A stretch of DNA of 64,000 nucleotides, taken from the NCBI GenBank assembly GCA_964057225.1, contig OZ059895.1, positions 3,844,001 through 3,908,000 on the forward strand. Direction: 5' to 3'. The DNA is from Auanema rhodensis. Its lineage: Eukaryota > Animalia > Nematoda. The translations under genes were made by a program, and so were the position numbers. The notes under the pieces were generated by a model. It saw only the letters and a program-made list of their open reading frames with translations. It searched no databases and was not told where the DNA came from. Positions 10,912-24,758 of this stretch are shown in pieces (the stretch's first letter is position 1; each line of letters opens with the position of its first letter).

Positions 10912-13900
10912 CCTTAAATAATGAACTGACCGACTAATCAGACATGGATCTTTCCTAGTTCTGTTGCTTGAATGGATGTTTTCCTACGTAGGCTAGTAAA
11001 ACATGCCCTTCAAAGCATCAGAACATGTGACCACATTCTAATTTTTTTGTATCTATCTTGTAAAGATAGTAATATATCATATGTTAAACACTATGTTGGA
11101 AAGATTTTAATTCAGATTTTTTCAACTTTCACTCAGTTTGTTTTCTAAACTTTGATTAAGAACCTTGAGTTTTGTACACCCATAAATTATACGCAGCACA
11201 GGTTACCCTTAAATAATGAACTGACCGACTAATCAGACATGGATCTTTCCAAGTTCTGTTGCTTGAACGGATGTTTTCCTACGTAGGCTAGTAAAACATG
11301 CCCTTCAAAGCATCAGAACATGTGACCACATTCCAATTTTTTTGTATCTATCTTGTAAAGATAGTAATATATCATATGTTGAACACTAAGTTGGAAAGAT
11401 TTTAATTCAGATTTTTTCAACTTTCACTCAGTTTGTTTTCTAAACTTTGATTAAGAACCTTGTTGTTTGTACACCCATAAAATATACGCAGCACAGGTTA
11501 CCCTTAAATAATGAACTGACCGACTAATCAGACATGGATCTTCCCAAGTTCTGTTGCTTGAATGGATGTTTTCCTACGTAGGCTAGTAAAACATGCCCTT
11601 CAAAGCATCAGAACATGTGACCACATTCCAATTTTTTTGTATCTATCTTGTAAAGATAGTAATAAACTTTGATTTTTGTACACCCATAAATTATACGCAG
11701 CACAGGTTACCCTTAAATAATGAACTGACCGACTAATCACATGGATCTTTCCAAGTTCTGTTGCTTGAACGGATGTTTTCCTACGTAGGCTAGTAAAACA
11801 TGCCCTTCAAAGCATCAGAACATGTGATCACATTCCAATTTTTTTGTATCTATCTTGTAAAGATAGTAATATATCATATGTTGAACACTATGTTGGAAAG
11901 ATTTTAATTCAGATTTTCTAACTTTTATTCAGTTTGTTTTTTAAACTTTGATTAAGAACTTTCATTTTTGTACACCCATAAATTATACGCAGCACAGGTT
12001 ACCCTTAATTAATGAACTGACCGACTAATCAGACATGGATCTTCCCAAGTTCTGTTGCTTGAATGGATGTTTTCCTACGTAGGCTAGTAAAACATGCCCT
12101 TCAAAGCATCAGAACATGTGATCACATTCCAATTTTTTTGTATCTATCTTGTAAAGATAGTAATATATCATATGTTGAACACTAAGTTGGAAAGATTTTA
12201 ATTCAGATTTTTTCAACTTTCACTCAGTTTGTTTTCTAAACTTTGATTAAGAACCTTGTTGTTTGTACACCCATAAAATATACGCAGCACAGGTTACCCT
12301 TAAATAATGAACTGACCGACTAATCAGACATGGATCTTCCCAAGTTCTGTTGCTTGAATGGATGTTTTCCTACGTAGGCTAGTAAAACATGCCCTTCAAA
12401 GCATCAGAACATGTGACCACATTCCAATTTTTTTGTATCTATCTTGTAAAGATAGTAATAAACTTTGATTTTTGTACACCCATAAATTATACGCAGCACA
12501 GGTTACCCTTAAATAATGAACTGACCGACTAATCACATGGATCTTTCCAAGTTCTGTTGCTTGAACGGATGTTTTCCTACGTAGGCTAGTAAAACATGCC
12601 CTTCAAAGCATCAGAACATGTGATCACATTCCAATTTTTTTGTATCTATCTTGTAAAGATAGTAATATATCATATGTTGAACACTATGTTGGAAAGATTT
12701 TAATTCAGATTTTCTAACTTTTATTCAGTTTGTTTTTTAAACTTTGATTAAGAACTTTCATTTTTGTACACCCATAAATTATACGCAGCACAGGTTACCC
12801 TTAATTAATGAACTGACCGACTAATCAGACATGGATCTTTCCAAGTTCTGTTGCTTGAACGGATGTTTTCCTACGTAGGCTAGTAAAACATGCCCTTCAA
12901 AGCATCAGAACATGTGATCACATTCCAATTTTTTTGTATCTATCTTGTAAAGATAGTAATATATCATATGTTGAACACTATGTTGGAAAGATTTTAATTC
13001 AGATTTTCTAACTTTTATTCAGTTTGTTTTTTAAACTTTGATTAAGAACTTTCATTTTTGTACACCCATAAATTATACGCAGCACAGGTTACCCTTAATT
13101 AATGAACTGACCGACTAATCAGACATGGATCTTTCCAAGTTCTGTTGCTTGAACGGATGTTTTCCTACGTAGGCTAGTAAAACATGCCCTTCAAAGCATC
13201 AGAACATGTGATCACATTCCAATTTTTTTGTATCTATCTTGTAAAGATAGTAATATATCATATGTTGAACACTATGTTGGAAAGATTTTAATTCAGATTT
13301 TCTAACTTTTATTCAGTTTGTTTTTTAAACTTTGATTAAGAACTTTGATTTTTGTACACCCATAAATTATACGCAGCACAGCTTACCCTTAAATAATGAA
13401 CTGACCGACTAATCAGACATGGATCTTTCCTAGTTCTGTTGCTTGAATGGATGTTTTCCTACGTAGGCTAGTAAAACATGCCCTTCAAAGCATCAGAACA
13501 TGTGACCACATTCTAATTTTTTTGTATCTATCTTGTAAAGATAGTAATATATCATATGTTAAACACTATGTTGGAAAGATTTTAATTCAGATTTTTTCAA
13601 CTTTCACTCAGTTTGTTTTCTAAACTTTGATTAAGAACCTTGAGTTTTGTACACCCATAAATTATACGCAGCACAGGTTACCCTTAAATAATGAACTGAC
13701 CGACTAATCAGACATGGATCTTTCCAAGTTCTGTTGCTTGAACGGATGTTTTCCTACGTAGGCTAGTAAAACATGCCCTTCAAAGCATCAGAACATGTGA
13801 CCACATTCCAATTTTTTTGTATCTATCTTGTAAAGATAGTAATATATCATATGTTGAACACTAAGTTGGAAAGATTTTAATTCAGATTTTTTCAACTTTC

Positions 13901-16900
13901 ACTCAGTTTGTTTTCTAAACTTTGATTAAGAACCTTGTTGTTTGTACACCCATAAAATATACGCAGCACAGGTTACCCTTAAATAATGAACTGACCGACT
14001 AATCAGACATGGATCTTCCCAAGTTCTGTTGCTTGAATGGATGTTTTCCTACGTAGGCTAGTAAAACATGCCCTTCAAAGCATCAGAACATGTGACCACA
14101 TTCCAATTTTTTTGTATCTATCTTGTAAAGATAGTAATAAACTTTGATTTTTGTACACCCATAAATTATACGCAGCACAGGTTACCCTTAAATAATGAAC
14201 TGACCGACTAATCACATGGATCTTTCCAAGTTCTGTTGCTTGAACGGATGTTTTCCTACGTAGGCTAGTAAAACATGCCCTTCAAAGCATCAGAACATGT
14301 GATCACATTCCAATTTTTTTGTATCTATCTTGTAAAGATAGTAATATATCATATGTTGAACACTATGTTGGAAAGATTTTAATTCAGATTTTCTAACTTT
14401 TATTCAGTTTGTTTTTTAAACTTTGATTAAGAACTTTCATTTTTGTACACCCATAAATTATACGCAGCACAGGTTACCCTTAATTAATGAACTGACCGAC
14501 TAATCAGACATGGATCTTCCCAAGTTCTGTTGCTTGAATGGATGTTTTCCTACGTAGGCTAGTAAAACATGCCCTTCAAAGCATCAGAACATGTGATCAC
14601 ATTCCAATTTTTTTGTATCTATCTTGTAAAGATAGTAATATATCATATGTTGAACACTAAGTTGGAAAGATTTTAATTCAGATTTTTTCAACTTTCACTC
14701 AGTTTGTTTTCTAAACTTTGATTAAGAACCTTGTTGTTTGTACACCCATAAAATATACGCAGCACAGGTTACCCTTAAATAATGAACTGACCGACTAATC
14801 AGACATGGATCTTCCCAAGTTCTGTTGCTTGAATGGATGTTTTCCTACGTAGGCTAGTAAAACATGCCCTTCAAAGCATCAGAACATGTGACCACATTCC
14901 AATTTTTTTGTATCTATCTTGTAAAGATAGTAATAAACTTTGATTTTTGTACACCCATAAATTATACGCAGCACAGGTTACCCTTAAATAATGAACTGAC
15001 CGACTAATCACATGGATCTTTCCAAGTTCTGTTGCTTGAACGGATGTTTTCCTACGTAGGCTAGTAAAACATGCCCTTCAAAGCATCAGAACATGTGATC
15101 ACATTCCAATTTTTTTGTATCTATCTTGTAAAGATAGTAATATATCATATGTTGAACACTATGTTGGAAAGATTTTAATTCAGATTTTCTAACTTTTATT
15201 CAGTTTGTTTTTTAAACTTTGATTAAGAACTTTCATTTTTGTACACCCATAAATTATACGCAGCACAGGTTACCCTTAATTAATGAACTGACCGACTAAT
15301 CAGACATGGATCTTTCCAAGTTCTGTTGCTTGAACGGATGTTTTCCTACGTAGGCTAGTAAAACATGCCCTTCAAAGCATCAGAACATGTGACCACATTC
15401 CAATTTTTTTGTATCTATCTTGTAAAGATAGTAATATATCATATGTTGAACACTATGTTGGAAAGATTTTAATTCAGATTTTCTAACTTTTATTCAGTTT
15501 GTTTTTTAAACTTTGATTAAGAACTTTGATTTTTGTACACCCATAAATTATACGCAGCACAGGTTACCCTTAAATAATCAACTGACCGACTAATCAGACA
15601 TGGATCTTTCCTAGTTCTGTTGCTTGAATGGATGTTTTCCTACGTAGGCTAGTAAAACATGCCCTTCAAAGCATCAGAACATGTGATCACATTCCAATTT
15701 TTTTGTATCTATCTTGTAAAGATAGTAAAAAACTTTGATTTTTGTACACCCATAAATTATACGCAGCACAGGTTACCCTTAAATAATGAACTGACCGACT
15801 AATCAGACATGGATCTTTCCTAGTTCTGTTGCTTGAATGGATGTTTTCCTACGTAGGCTAGTAAAACATGCCCTTCAAAGCATCAGAACATGTGATCACA
15901 TTAAAATTTTTTGGTATCTATCTTGTAAAGATAGTAATATATCATATGTTGAACACTATGTTGGAAAGATTTTAATTCAGATTTTCTAACTTTTATTCAG
16001 TTTGTTTTTTAAACTTTGATTAAGAACTTTGATTTTTGTACATCCATAAATTATACGCAGCACAGCTTACCCTTAAATAATGAACTGACCGACTAATCAG
16101 ACATGGATCTTTCCTAGTTCTGTTGCTTGAATGGATGTTTTCCTACGTAGGCTAGTAAAACATGCCCTTCAAAGCATCAGAACATGTGACCACATTCTAA
16201 TTTTTTTGTATCTATCTTGTAAAGATAGTAATATATCATATGTTGAACACTATGTTGGAAAGATTTTAATTCAGATTTTTTCAACTTTCACTCAGTTTGT
16301 TTTCTAAACTTTGATTAAGAACCTTGAGTTTTGTACACCCATAAATTATACGCAGCACAGGTTACCCTTAAATAATGAACTGACCGACTAATCAGACATG
16401 GATCTTTCCAAGTTCTGTTGCTTGAACGGATGTTTTCCTACGTAGGCTAGTAAAACATGCCCTTCAAAGCATCAGAACATGTGACCACATTCCAATTTTT
16501 TTGTATCTATCTTGTAAAGATAGTAATATATCATATGTTGAACACTAAGTTGGAAAGATTTTAATTCAGATTTTTTCAACTTTCACTCAGTTTGTTTTCT
16601 AAACTTTGATTAAGAACCTTGTTGTTTGTACACCCATAAAATATACGCAGCACAGGTTACCCTTGAATAATGAACTGACCGACTAATCAGACATGGATCT
16701 TCCCAAGTTCTGTTGCTTGAATGGATGTTTTCCTACGTAGGCTAGTAAAACATGCCCTTCAAAGCATCAGAACATGTGATCACATTCCAATTTTTTTGTA
16801 TCTATCTTGTAAAGATAGTAATAAACTTTGATTTTTGTACACCCATAAATTATACGCAGCACAGGTTACCCTTAAATAATGAACTGACCGACTAATCACA

Positions 16901-18755
16901 TGGATCTTTCCAAGTTCTGTTGCTTGAACGGATGTTTTCCTACGTAGGCTAGTAAAACATGCCCTTCAAAGCATCAGAACATGTGATCACATTCCAATTT
17001 TTTTGTATCTATCTTGTAAAGATAGTAATATATCATATGTTGAACACTATGTTGGAAAGATTTTAATTCAGATTTTCTAACTTTTATTCAGTTTGTTTTT
17101 TAAACTTTGATTAAGAACTTTCATTTTTGTACACCCATAAATTATACGCAGCACAGGTTACCCTTAATTAATGAACTGACCGACTAATCAGACATGGATC
17201 TTTCCAAGTTCTGTTGCTTGAACGGATGTTTTCCTACGTAGGCTAGTAAAACATGCCCTTCAAAGCATCAGAACATGTGACCACATTCCAATTTTTTTGT
17301 ATCTATCTTGTAAAGATAGTAATATATCATATGTTGAACACTATGTTGGAAAGATTTTAATTCAGATTTTCTAACTTTTATTCAGTTTGTTTTTTAAACT
17401 TTGATTAAGAACTTTGATTTTTGTACACCCATAAATTATACGCAGCACAGGTTACCCTTAAATAATCAACTGACCGACTAATCAGACATGGATCTTTCCT
17501 AGTTCTGTTGCTTGAATGGATGTTTTCCTACGTAGGCTAGTAAAACATGCCCTTCAAAGCATCAGAACATGTGATCACATTCCAATTTTTTTGTATCTAT
17601 CTTGTAAAGATAGTAATAAACTTTGATTTTTGTACACCCATAAATTATACGCAGCACAGGTTACCCTTAAATAATGAACTGACCGACTAATCAGACATGG
17701 ATCTTTCCTAGTTCTGTTGCTTGAATGGATGTTTTCCTACGTAGGCTAGTAAAACATGCCCTTCAAAGCATCAGAACATGTGACCACATTCTAATTTTTT
17801 TGTATCTATCTTGTAAAGATAGTAATATATCATATGTTGAACACTATGTTGGAAAGATTTTAATTCAGATTTTTTCAACTTTCACTCAGTTTGTTTTCTA
17901 AACTTTGATTAAGAACCTTGAGTTTTGTACACCCATAAATTATACGCAGCACAGGTTACCCTTAAATAATGAACTGACCGACTAATCAGACATGGATCTT
18001 TCCAAGTTCTGTTGCTTGAACGGATGTTTTCCTACGTAGGCTAGTAAAACATGCCCTTCAAAGCATCAGAACATGTGACCACATTCCAATTTTTTTGTAT
18101 CTATCTTGTAAAGATAGTAATATATCATATGTTGAACACTAAGTTGGAAAGATTTTAATTCAGATTTTTTCAACTTTCACTCAGTTTGTTTTCTAAACTT
18201 TGATTAAGAACCTTGTTGTTTGTACACCCATAAAATATACGCAGCACAGGTTACCCTTGAATAATGAACTGACCGACTAATCAGACATGGATCTTCCCAA
18301 GTTCTGTTGCTTGAATGGATGTTTTCCTACGTAGGCTAGTAAAACATGCCCTTCAAAGCATCAGAACATGTGATCACATTCCAATTTTTTTGTATCTATC
18401 TTGTAAAGATAGTAATAAACTTTGATTTTTGTACACCCATAAATTATACGCAGCACAGGTTACCCTTAAATAATGAACTGACCGACTAATCACATGGATC
18501 TTTCCAAGTTCTGTTGCTTGAACGGATGTTTTCCTACGTAGGCTAGTAAAACATGCCCTTCAAAGCATCAGAACATGTGATCACATTCCAATTTTTTTGT
18601 ATCTATCTTGTAAAGATAGTAATATATCATATGTTGAACACTATGTTGGAAAGATTTTAATTCAGATTTTCTAACTTTTATTCAGTTTGTTTTTTAAACT
18701 TTGATTAAGAACTTTCATTTTTGTACACCCATAAATTATACGCAGCACAGGTTAC
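10912..18755 (+). repeat. HOR domain 2: 9-mer (2475 bp) and 6-mer (1594 bp) units marked by a 292-bp monomer
   Basis: ATTCTAA plus GTTAAACA monomer at 10912 and 13387; ATTCTAA monomer at 16071 and 17665; 2-bp deletion AATCACATGG in monomers at 11711, 12507, 14186, 14982, 16870 and 18464. Confidence 0.85.
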
Positions 18756-21700
18756 CCTTAATTAATGAACTGACCGACTAATCAGACATGGATCTTTCCA
18801 AGTTCTGTTGCTTGAACGGATGTTTTCCTACGTAGGCTAGTAAAACATGCCCTTCAAAGCATCAGAACATGTGACCACATTCCAATTTTTTTGTATCTAT
18901 CTTGTAAAGATAGTAATATATCATATGTTGAACACTATGTTGGAAAGATTTTAATTCAGATTTTCTAACTTTTATTCAGTTTGTTTTTTAAACTTTGATT
19001 AAGAACTTTGATTTTTGTACACCCATAAATTATACGCAGCACAGGTTACCCTTAAATAATCAACTGACCGACTAATCAGACATGGATCTTTCCTAGTTCT
19101 GTTGCTTGAATGGATGTTTTCCTACGTAGGCTAGTAAAACATGCCCTTCAAAGCATCAGAACATGTGATCACATTCCAATTTTTTTGTATCTATCTTGTA
19201 AAGATAGTAATAAACTTTGATTTTTGTACACCCATAAATTATACGCAGCACAGGTTACCCTTAAATAATGAACTGACCGACTAATCAGACATGGATCTTT
19301 CCTAGTTCTGTTGCTTGAATGGATGTTTTCCTACGTAGGCTAGTAAAACATGCCCTTCAAAGCATCAGAACATGTGACCACATTCCAATTTTTTTGTATC
19401 TATCTTGTAAAGATAGTAATATATCATATGTTGAACACTATGTTGGAAAGATTTTAATTCAGATTTTCTAACTTTTATTCAGTTTGTTTTTTAAACTTTG
19501 ATTAAGAACTTTGATTTTTGTACACCCATAAATTATACGCAGCACAGCTTACCCTTAAATAGTGAACTGACCGACTAATCAGACATGGATCTTTCCTAGT
19601 TCTGTTGCTTGAATGGATGTTTTCCTACGTAGGCTAGTAAAACATGCCCTTCAAAGCATCAGAACATGTGACCACATTCTAATTTTTTTGTATCTATCTT
19701 GTAAAGATAGTAATATATCATATGTTGAACAGTATGTTGGAAAGATTTTAATTCAGATTTTTTCAACTTTCACTCAGTTTGTTTTCTAAACTTTGATTGA
19801 GAACCTTGAGTTTTGTACACCCATAAATTATACGCAGCACAGGTTACCCTTAAATAATGAACTGACCGACTAATCAGACATGGATCTTCCCAAGTTCTGT
19901 TGCTTGAATGGATGTTTTCCTACGTAGGCTAGTAAAACATGCCCTTCAAAGCATCAGAACATGTGATCACATTCCAATTTTTTTGTATCTATCTTGTAAA
20001 GATAGTAATAAACTTTGATTTTTGTACACCCATAAATTATACGCAGCACAGGTTACCCTTGAATAATGAACTGACCGACTAATCAGACATGGATCTTTCC
20101 AAGTTCTGTTGCTTGAACGGATGTTTTCCTACGTAGGCTAGTAAAACATGCCCTTCAAAGCATCAGAACATGTGACCACATTCCAATTTTTTTGTATCTA
20201 TCTTGTAAAGATAGTAATATATCATATGTTGAACACTAAGTTGGAAAGATTTTAATTCAGATTTTTTCAACTTTCACTCAGTTTGTTTTCTAAACTTTGA
20301 TTAAGAACCTTGTTGTTTGTACACCCATAAAATATACGCAGCACAGGTTACCCTTAAATAATGAACTGACCGACTAATCAGACATGGATCTTTCCAAGTT
20401 CTGTTGCTTGAATGGATGTTTTCCTACGTAGGCTAGTAAAACATGCCCTTCAAAGCATCAGAACATGTGATCACATTCCAATTTTTTTGTATCTATCTTG
20501 TAAAGATAGTAATAAACTTTGATTTTTGTACACCCATAAATTATACGCAGCACAGGTTACCCTTAAATAATGAACTGACCGACTAATCAGACATGGATCT
20601 TTCCAAGTTCTGTTGCTTGAACGGATGTTTTCCTACGTAGGCTAGTAAAACATGCCCTTCAAAGCATCAGAACATGTGATCACATTCCAATTTTTTTGTA
20701 TCTATCTTGTAAAGATAGTAATATATCATATGTTGAACACTATGTTGGAAAGATTTTAATTCAGATTTTCTAACTTTTATTCAGTTTGTTTTTTAAACTT
20801 TGATTAAGAACTTTCATTTTTGTACACCCATAAATTATACGCAGCACAGGTTACCCTTAATTAATGAACTGACCGACTAATCAGACATGGATCTTTCCAA
20901 GTTCTGTTGCTTGAACGGATGTTTTCCTACGTAGGCTAGTAAAACATGCCCTTCAAAGCATCAGAACATGTGACCACATTCCAATTTTTTTGTATCTATC
21001 TTGTAAAGATAGTAATATATCATATGTTGAACACTATGTTGGAAAGATTTTAATTCAGATTTTCTAACTTTTATTCAGTTTGTTTTTTAAACTTTGATTA
21101 AGAACTTTGATTTTTGTACACCCATAAATTATACGCAGCACAGGTTACCCTTAAATAATCAACTGACCGACTAATCAGACATGGATCTTTCCTAGTTCTG
21201 TTGCTTGAATGGATGTTTTCCTACGTAGGCTAGTAAAACATGCCCTTCAAAGCATCAGAACATGTGATCACATTCCAATTTTTTTGTATCTATCTTGTAA
21301 AGATAGTAATAAACTTTGATTTTTGTACACCCATAAATTATACGCAGCACAGGTTACCCTTAAATAATGAACTGACCGACTAATCAGACATGGATCTTTC
21401 CTAGTTCTGTTGCTTGAATGGATGTTTTCCTACGTAGGCTAGTAAAACATGCCCTTCAAAGCATCAGAACATGTGACCACATTCCAATTTTTTTGTATCT
21501 ATCTTGTAAAGATAGTAATATATCATATGTTGAACACTATGTTGGAAAGATTTTAATTCAGATTTTCTAACTTTTATTCAGTTTGTTTTTTAAACTTTGA
21601 TTAAGAACTTTGATTTTTGTACACCCATAAATTATACGCAGCACAGCTTACCCTTAAATAGTGAACTGACCGACTAATCAGACATGGATCTTTCCTAGTT

Positions 21701-24700
21701 CTGTTGCTTGAATGGATGTTTTCCTACGTAGGCTAGTAAAACATGCCCTTCAAAGCATCAGAACATGTGACCACATTCTAATTTTTTTGTATCTATCTTG
21801 TAAAGATAGTAATATATCATATGTTGAACAGTATGTTGGAAAGATTTTAATTCAGATTTTTTCAACTTTCACTCAGTTTGTTTTCTAAACTTTGATTGAG
21901 AACCTTGAGTTTTGTACACCCATAAATTATACGCAGCACAGGTTACCCTTAAATAATGAACTGACCGACTAATCAGACATGGATCTTCCCAAGTTCTGTT
22001 GCTTGAATGGATGTTTTCCTACGTAGGCTAGTAAAACATGCCCTTCAAAGCATCAGAACATGTGATCACATTCCAATTTTTTTGTATCTATCTTGTAAAG
22101 ATAGTAATAAACTTTGATTTTTGTACACCCATAAATTATACGCAGCACAGGTTACCCTTGAATAATGAACTGACCGACTAATCAGACATGGATCTTTCCA
22201 AGTTCTGTTGCTTGAACGGATGTTTTCCTACGTAGGCTAGTAAAACATGCCCTTCAAAGCATCAGAACATGTGACCACATTCCAATTTTTTTGTATCTAT
22301 CTTGTAAAGATAGTAATATATCATATGTTGAACACTAAGTTGGAAAGATTTTAATTCAGATTTTTTCAACTTTCACTCAGTTTGTTTTCTAAACTTTGAT
22401 TAAGAACCTTGTTGTTTGTACACCCATAAAATATACGCAGCACAGGTTACCCTTAAATAATGAACTGACCGACTAATCAGACATGGATCTTTCCAAGTTC
22501 TGTTGCTTGAATGGATGTTTTCCTACGTAGGCTAGTAAAACATGCCCTTCAAAGCATCAGAACATGTGATCACATTCCAATTTTTTTGTATCTATCTTGT
22601 AAAGATAGTAATAAACTTTGATTTTTGTACACCCATAAATTATACGCAGCACAGGTTACCCTTAAATAATGAACTGACCGACTAATCAGACATGGATCTT
22701 TCCAAGTTCTGTTGCTTGAACGGATGTTTTCCTACGTAGGCTAGTAAAACATGCCCTTCAAAGCATCAGAACATGTGATCACATTCCAATTTTTTTGTAT
22801 CTATCTTGTAAAGATAGTAATATATCATATGTTGAACACTATGTTGGAAAGATTTTAATTCAGATTTTCTAACTTTTATTCAGTTTGTTTTTTAAACTTT
22901 GATTAAGAACTTTCATTTTTGTACACCCATAAATTATACGCAGCACAGGTTACCCTTAATTAATGAACTGACCGACTAATCAGACATGGATCTTTCCAAG
23001 TTCTGTTGCTTGAACGGATGTTTTCCTACGTAGGCTAGTAAAACATGCCCTTCAAAGCATCAGAACATGTGACCACATTCCAATTTTTTTGTATCTATCT
23101 TGTAAAGATAGTAATATATCATATGTTGAACACTATGTTGGAAAGATTTTAATTCAGATTTTCTAACTTTTATTCAGTTTGTTTTTTAAACTTTGATTAA
23201 GAACTTTGATTTTTGTACACCCATAAATTATACGCAGCACAGGTTACCCTTAAATAATCAACTGACCGACTAATCAGACATGGATCTTTCCTAGTTCTGT
23301 TGCTTGAATGGATGTTTTCCTACGTAGGCTAGTAAAACATGCCCTTCAAAGCATCAGAACATGTGATCACATTCCAATTTTTTTGTATCTATCTTGTAAA
23401 GATAGTAATAAACTTTGATTTTTGTACACCCATAAATTATACGCAGCACAGGTTACCCTTAAATAATGAACTGACCGACTAATCAGACATGGATCTTTCC
23501 TAGTTCTGTTGCTTGAATGGATGTTTTCCTACGTAGGCTAGTAAAACATGCCCTTCAAAGCATCAGAACATGTGACCACATTCCAATTTTTTTGTATCTA
23601 TCTTGTAAAGATAGTAATATATCATATGTTGAACACTATGTTGGAAAGATTTTAATTCAGATTTTCTAACTTTTATTCAGTTTGTTTTTTAAACTTTGAT
23701 TAAGAACTTTGATTTTTGTACACCCATAAATTATACGCAGCACAGCTTACCCTTAAATAGTGAACTGACCGACTAATCAGACATGGATCTTTCCTAGTTC
23801 TGTTGCTTGAATGGATGTTTTCCTACGTAGGCTAGTAAAACATGCCCTTCAAAGCATCAGAACATGTGACCACATTCTAATTTTTTTGTATCTATCTTGT
23901 AAAGATAGTAATATATCATATGTTGAACAGTATGTTGGAAAGATTTTAATTCAGATTTTTTCAACTTTCACTCAGTTTGTTTTCTAAACTTTGATTGAGA
24001 ACCTTGAGTTTTGTACACCCATAAATTATACGCAGCACAGGTTACCCTTAAATAATGAACTGACCGACTAATCAGACATGGATCTTCCCAAGTTCTGTTG
24101 CTTGAATGGATGTTTTCCTACGTAGGCTAGTAAAACATGCCCTTCAAAGCATCAGAACATGTGATCACATTCCAATTTTTTTGTATCTATCTTGTAAAGA
24201 TAGTAATAAACTTTGATTTTTGTACACCCATAAATTATACGCAGCACAGGTTACCCTTGAATAATGAACTGACCGACTAATCAGACATGGATCTTTCCAA
24301 GTTCTGTTGCTTGAACGGATGTTTTCCTACGTAGGCTAGTAAAACATGCCCTTCAAAGCATCAGAACATGTGACCACATTCCAATTTTTTTGTATCTATC
24401 TTGTAAAGATAGTAATATATCATATGTTGAACACTAAGTTGGAAAGATTTTAATTCAGATTTTTTCAACTTTCACTCAGTTTGTTTTCTAAACTTTGATT
24501 AAGAACCTTGTTGTTTGTACACCCATAAAATATACGCAGCACAGGTTACCCTTAAATAATGAACTGACCGACTAATCAGACATGGATCTTTCCAAGTTCT
24601 GTTGCTTGAATGGATGTTTTCCTACGTAGGCTAGTAAAACATGCCCTTCAAAGCATCAGAACATGTGATCACATTCCAATTTTTTTGTATCTATCTTGTA

Positions 24701-24758
24701 AAGATAGTAATAAACTTTGATTTTTGTACACCCATAAATTATACGCAGCACAGGTTAC
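18756..24758 (+). repeat. HOR domain 3: 8-monomer, 2099-bp unit, about 2.9 apparently identical copies
   Basis: The marker monomer with AATAGTGAA and AACAGTATG occurs at 19553, 21652 and 23751, spaced exactly 2099 bp. Order is Lb-S-Lb-La-S-La-S-Lb. Confidence 0.9.
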
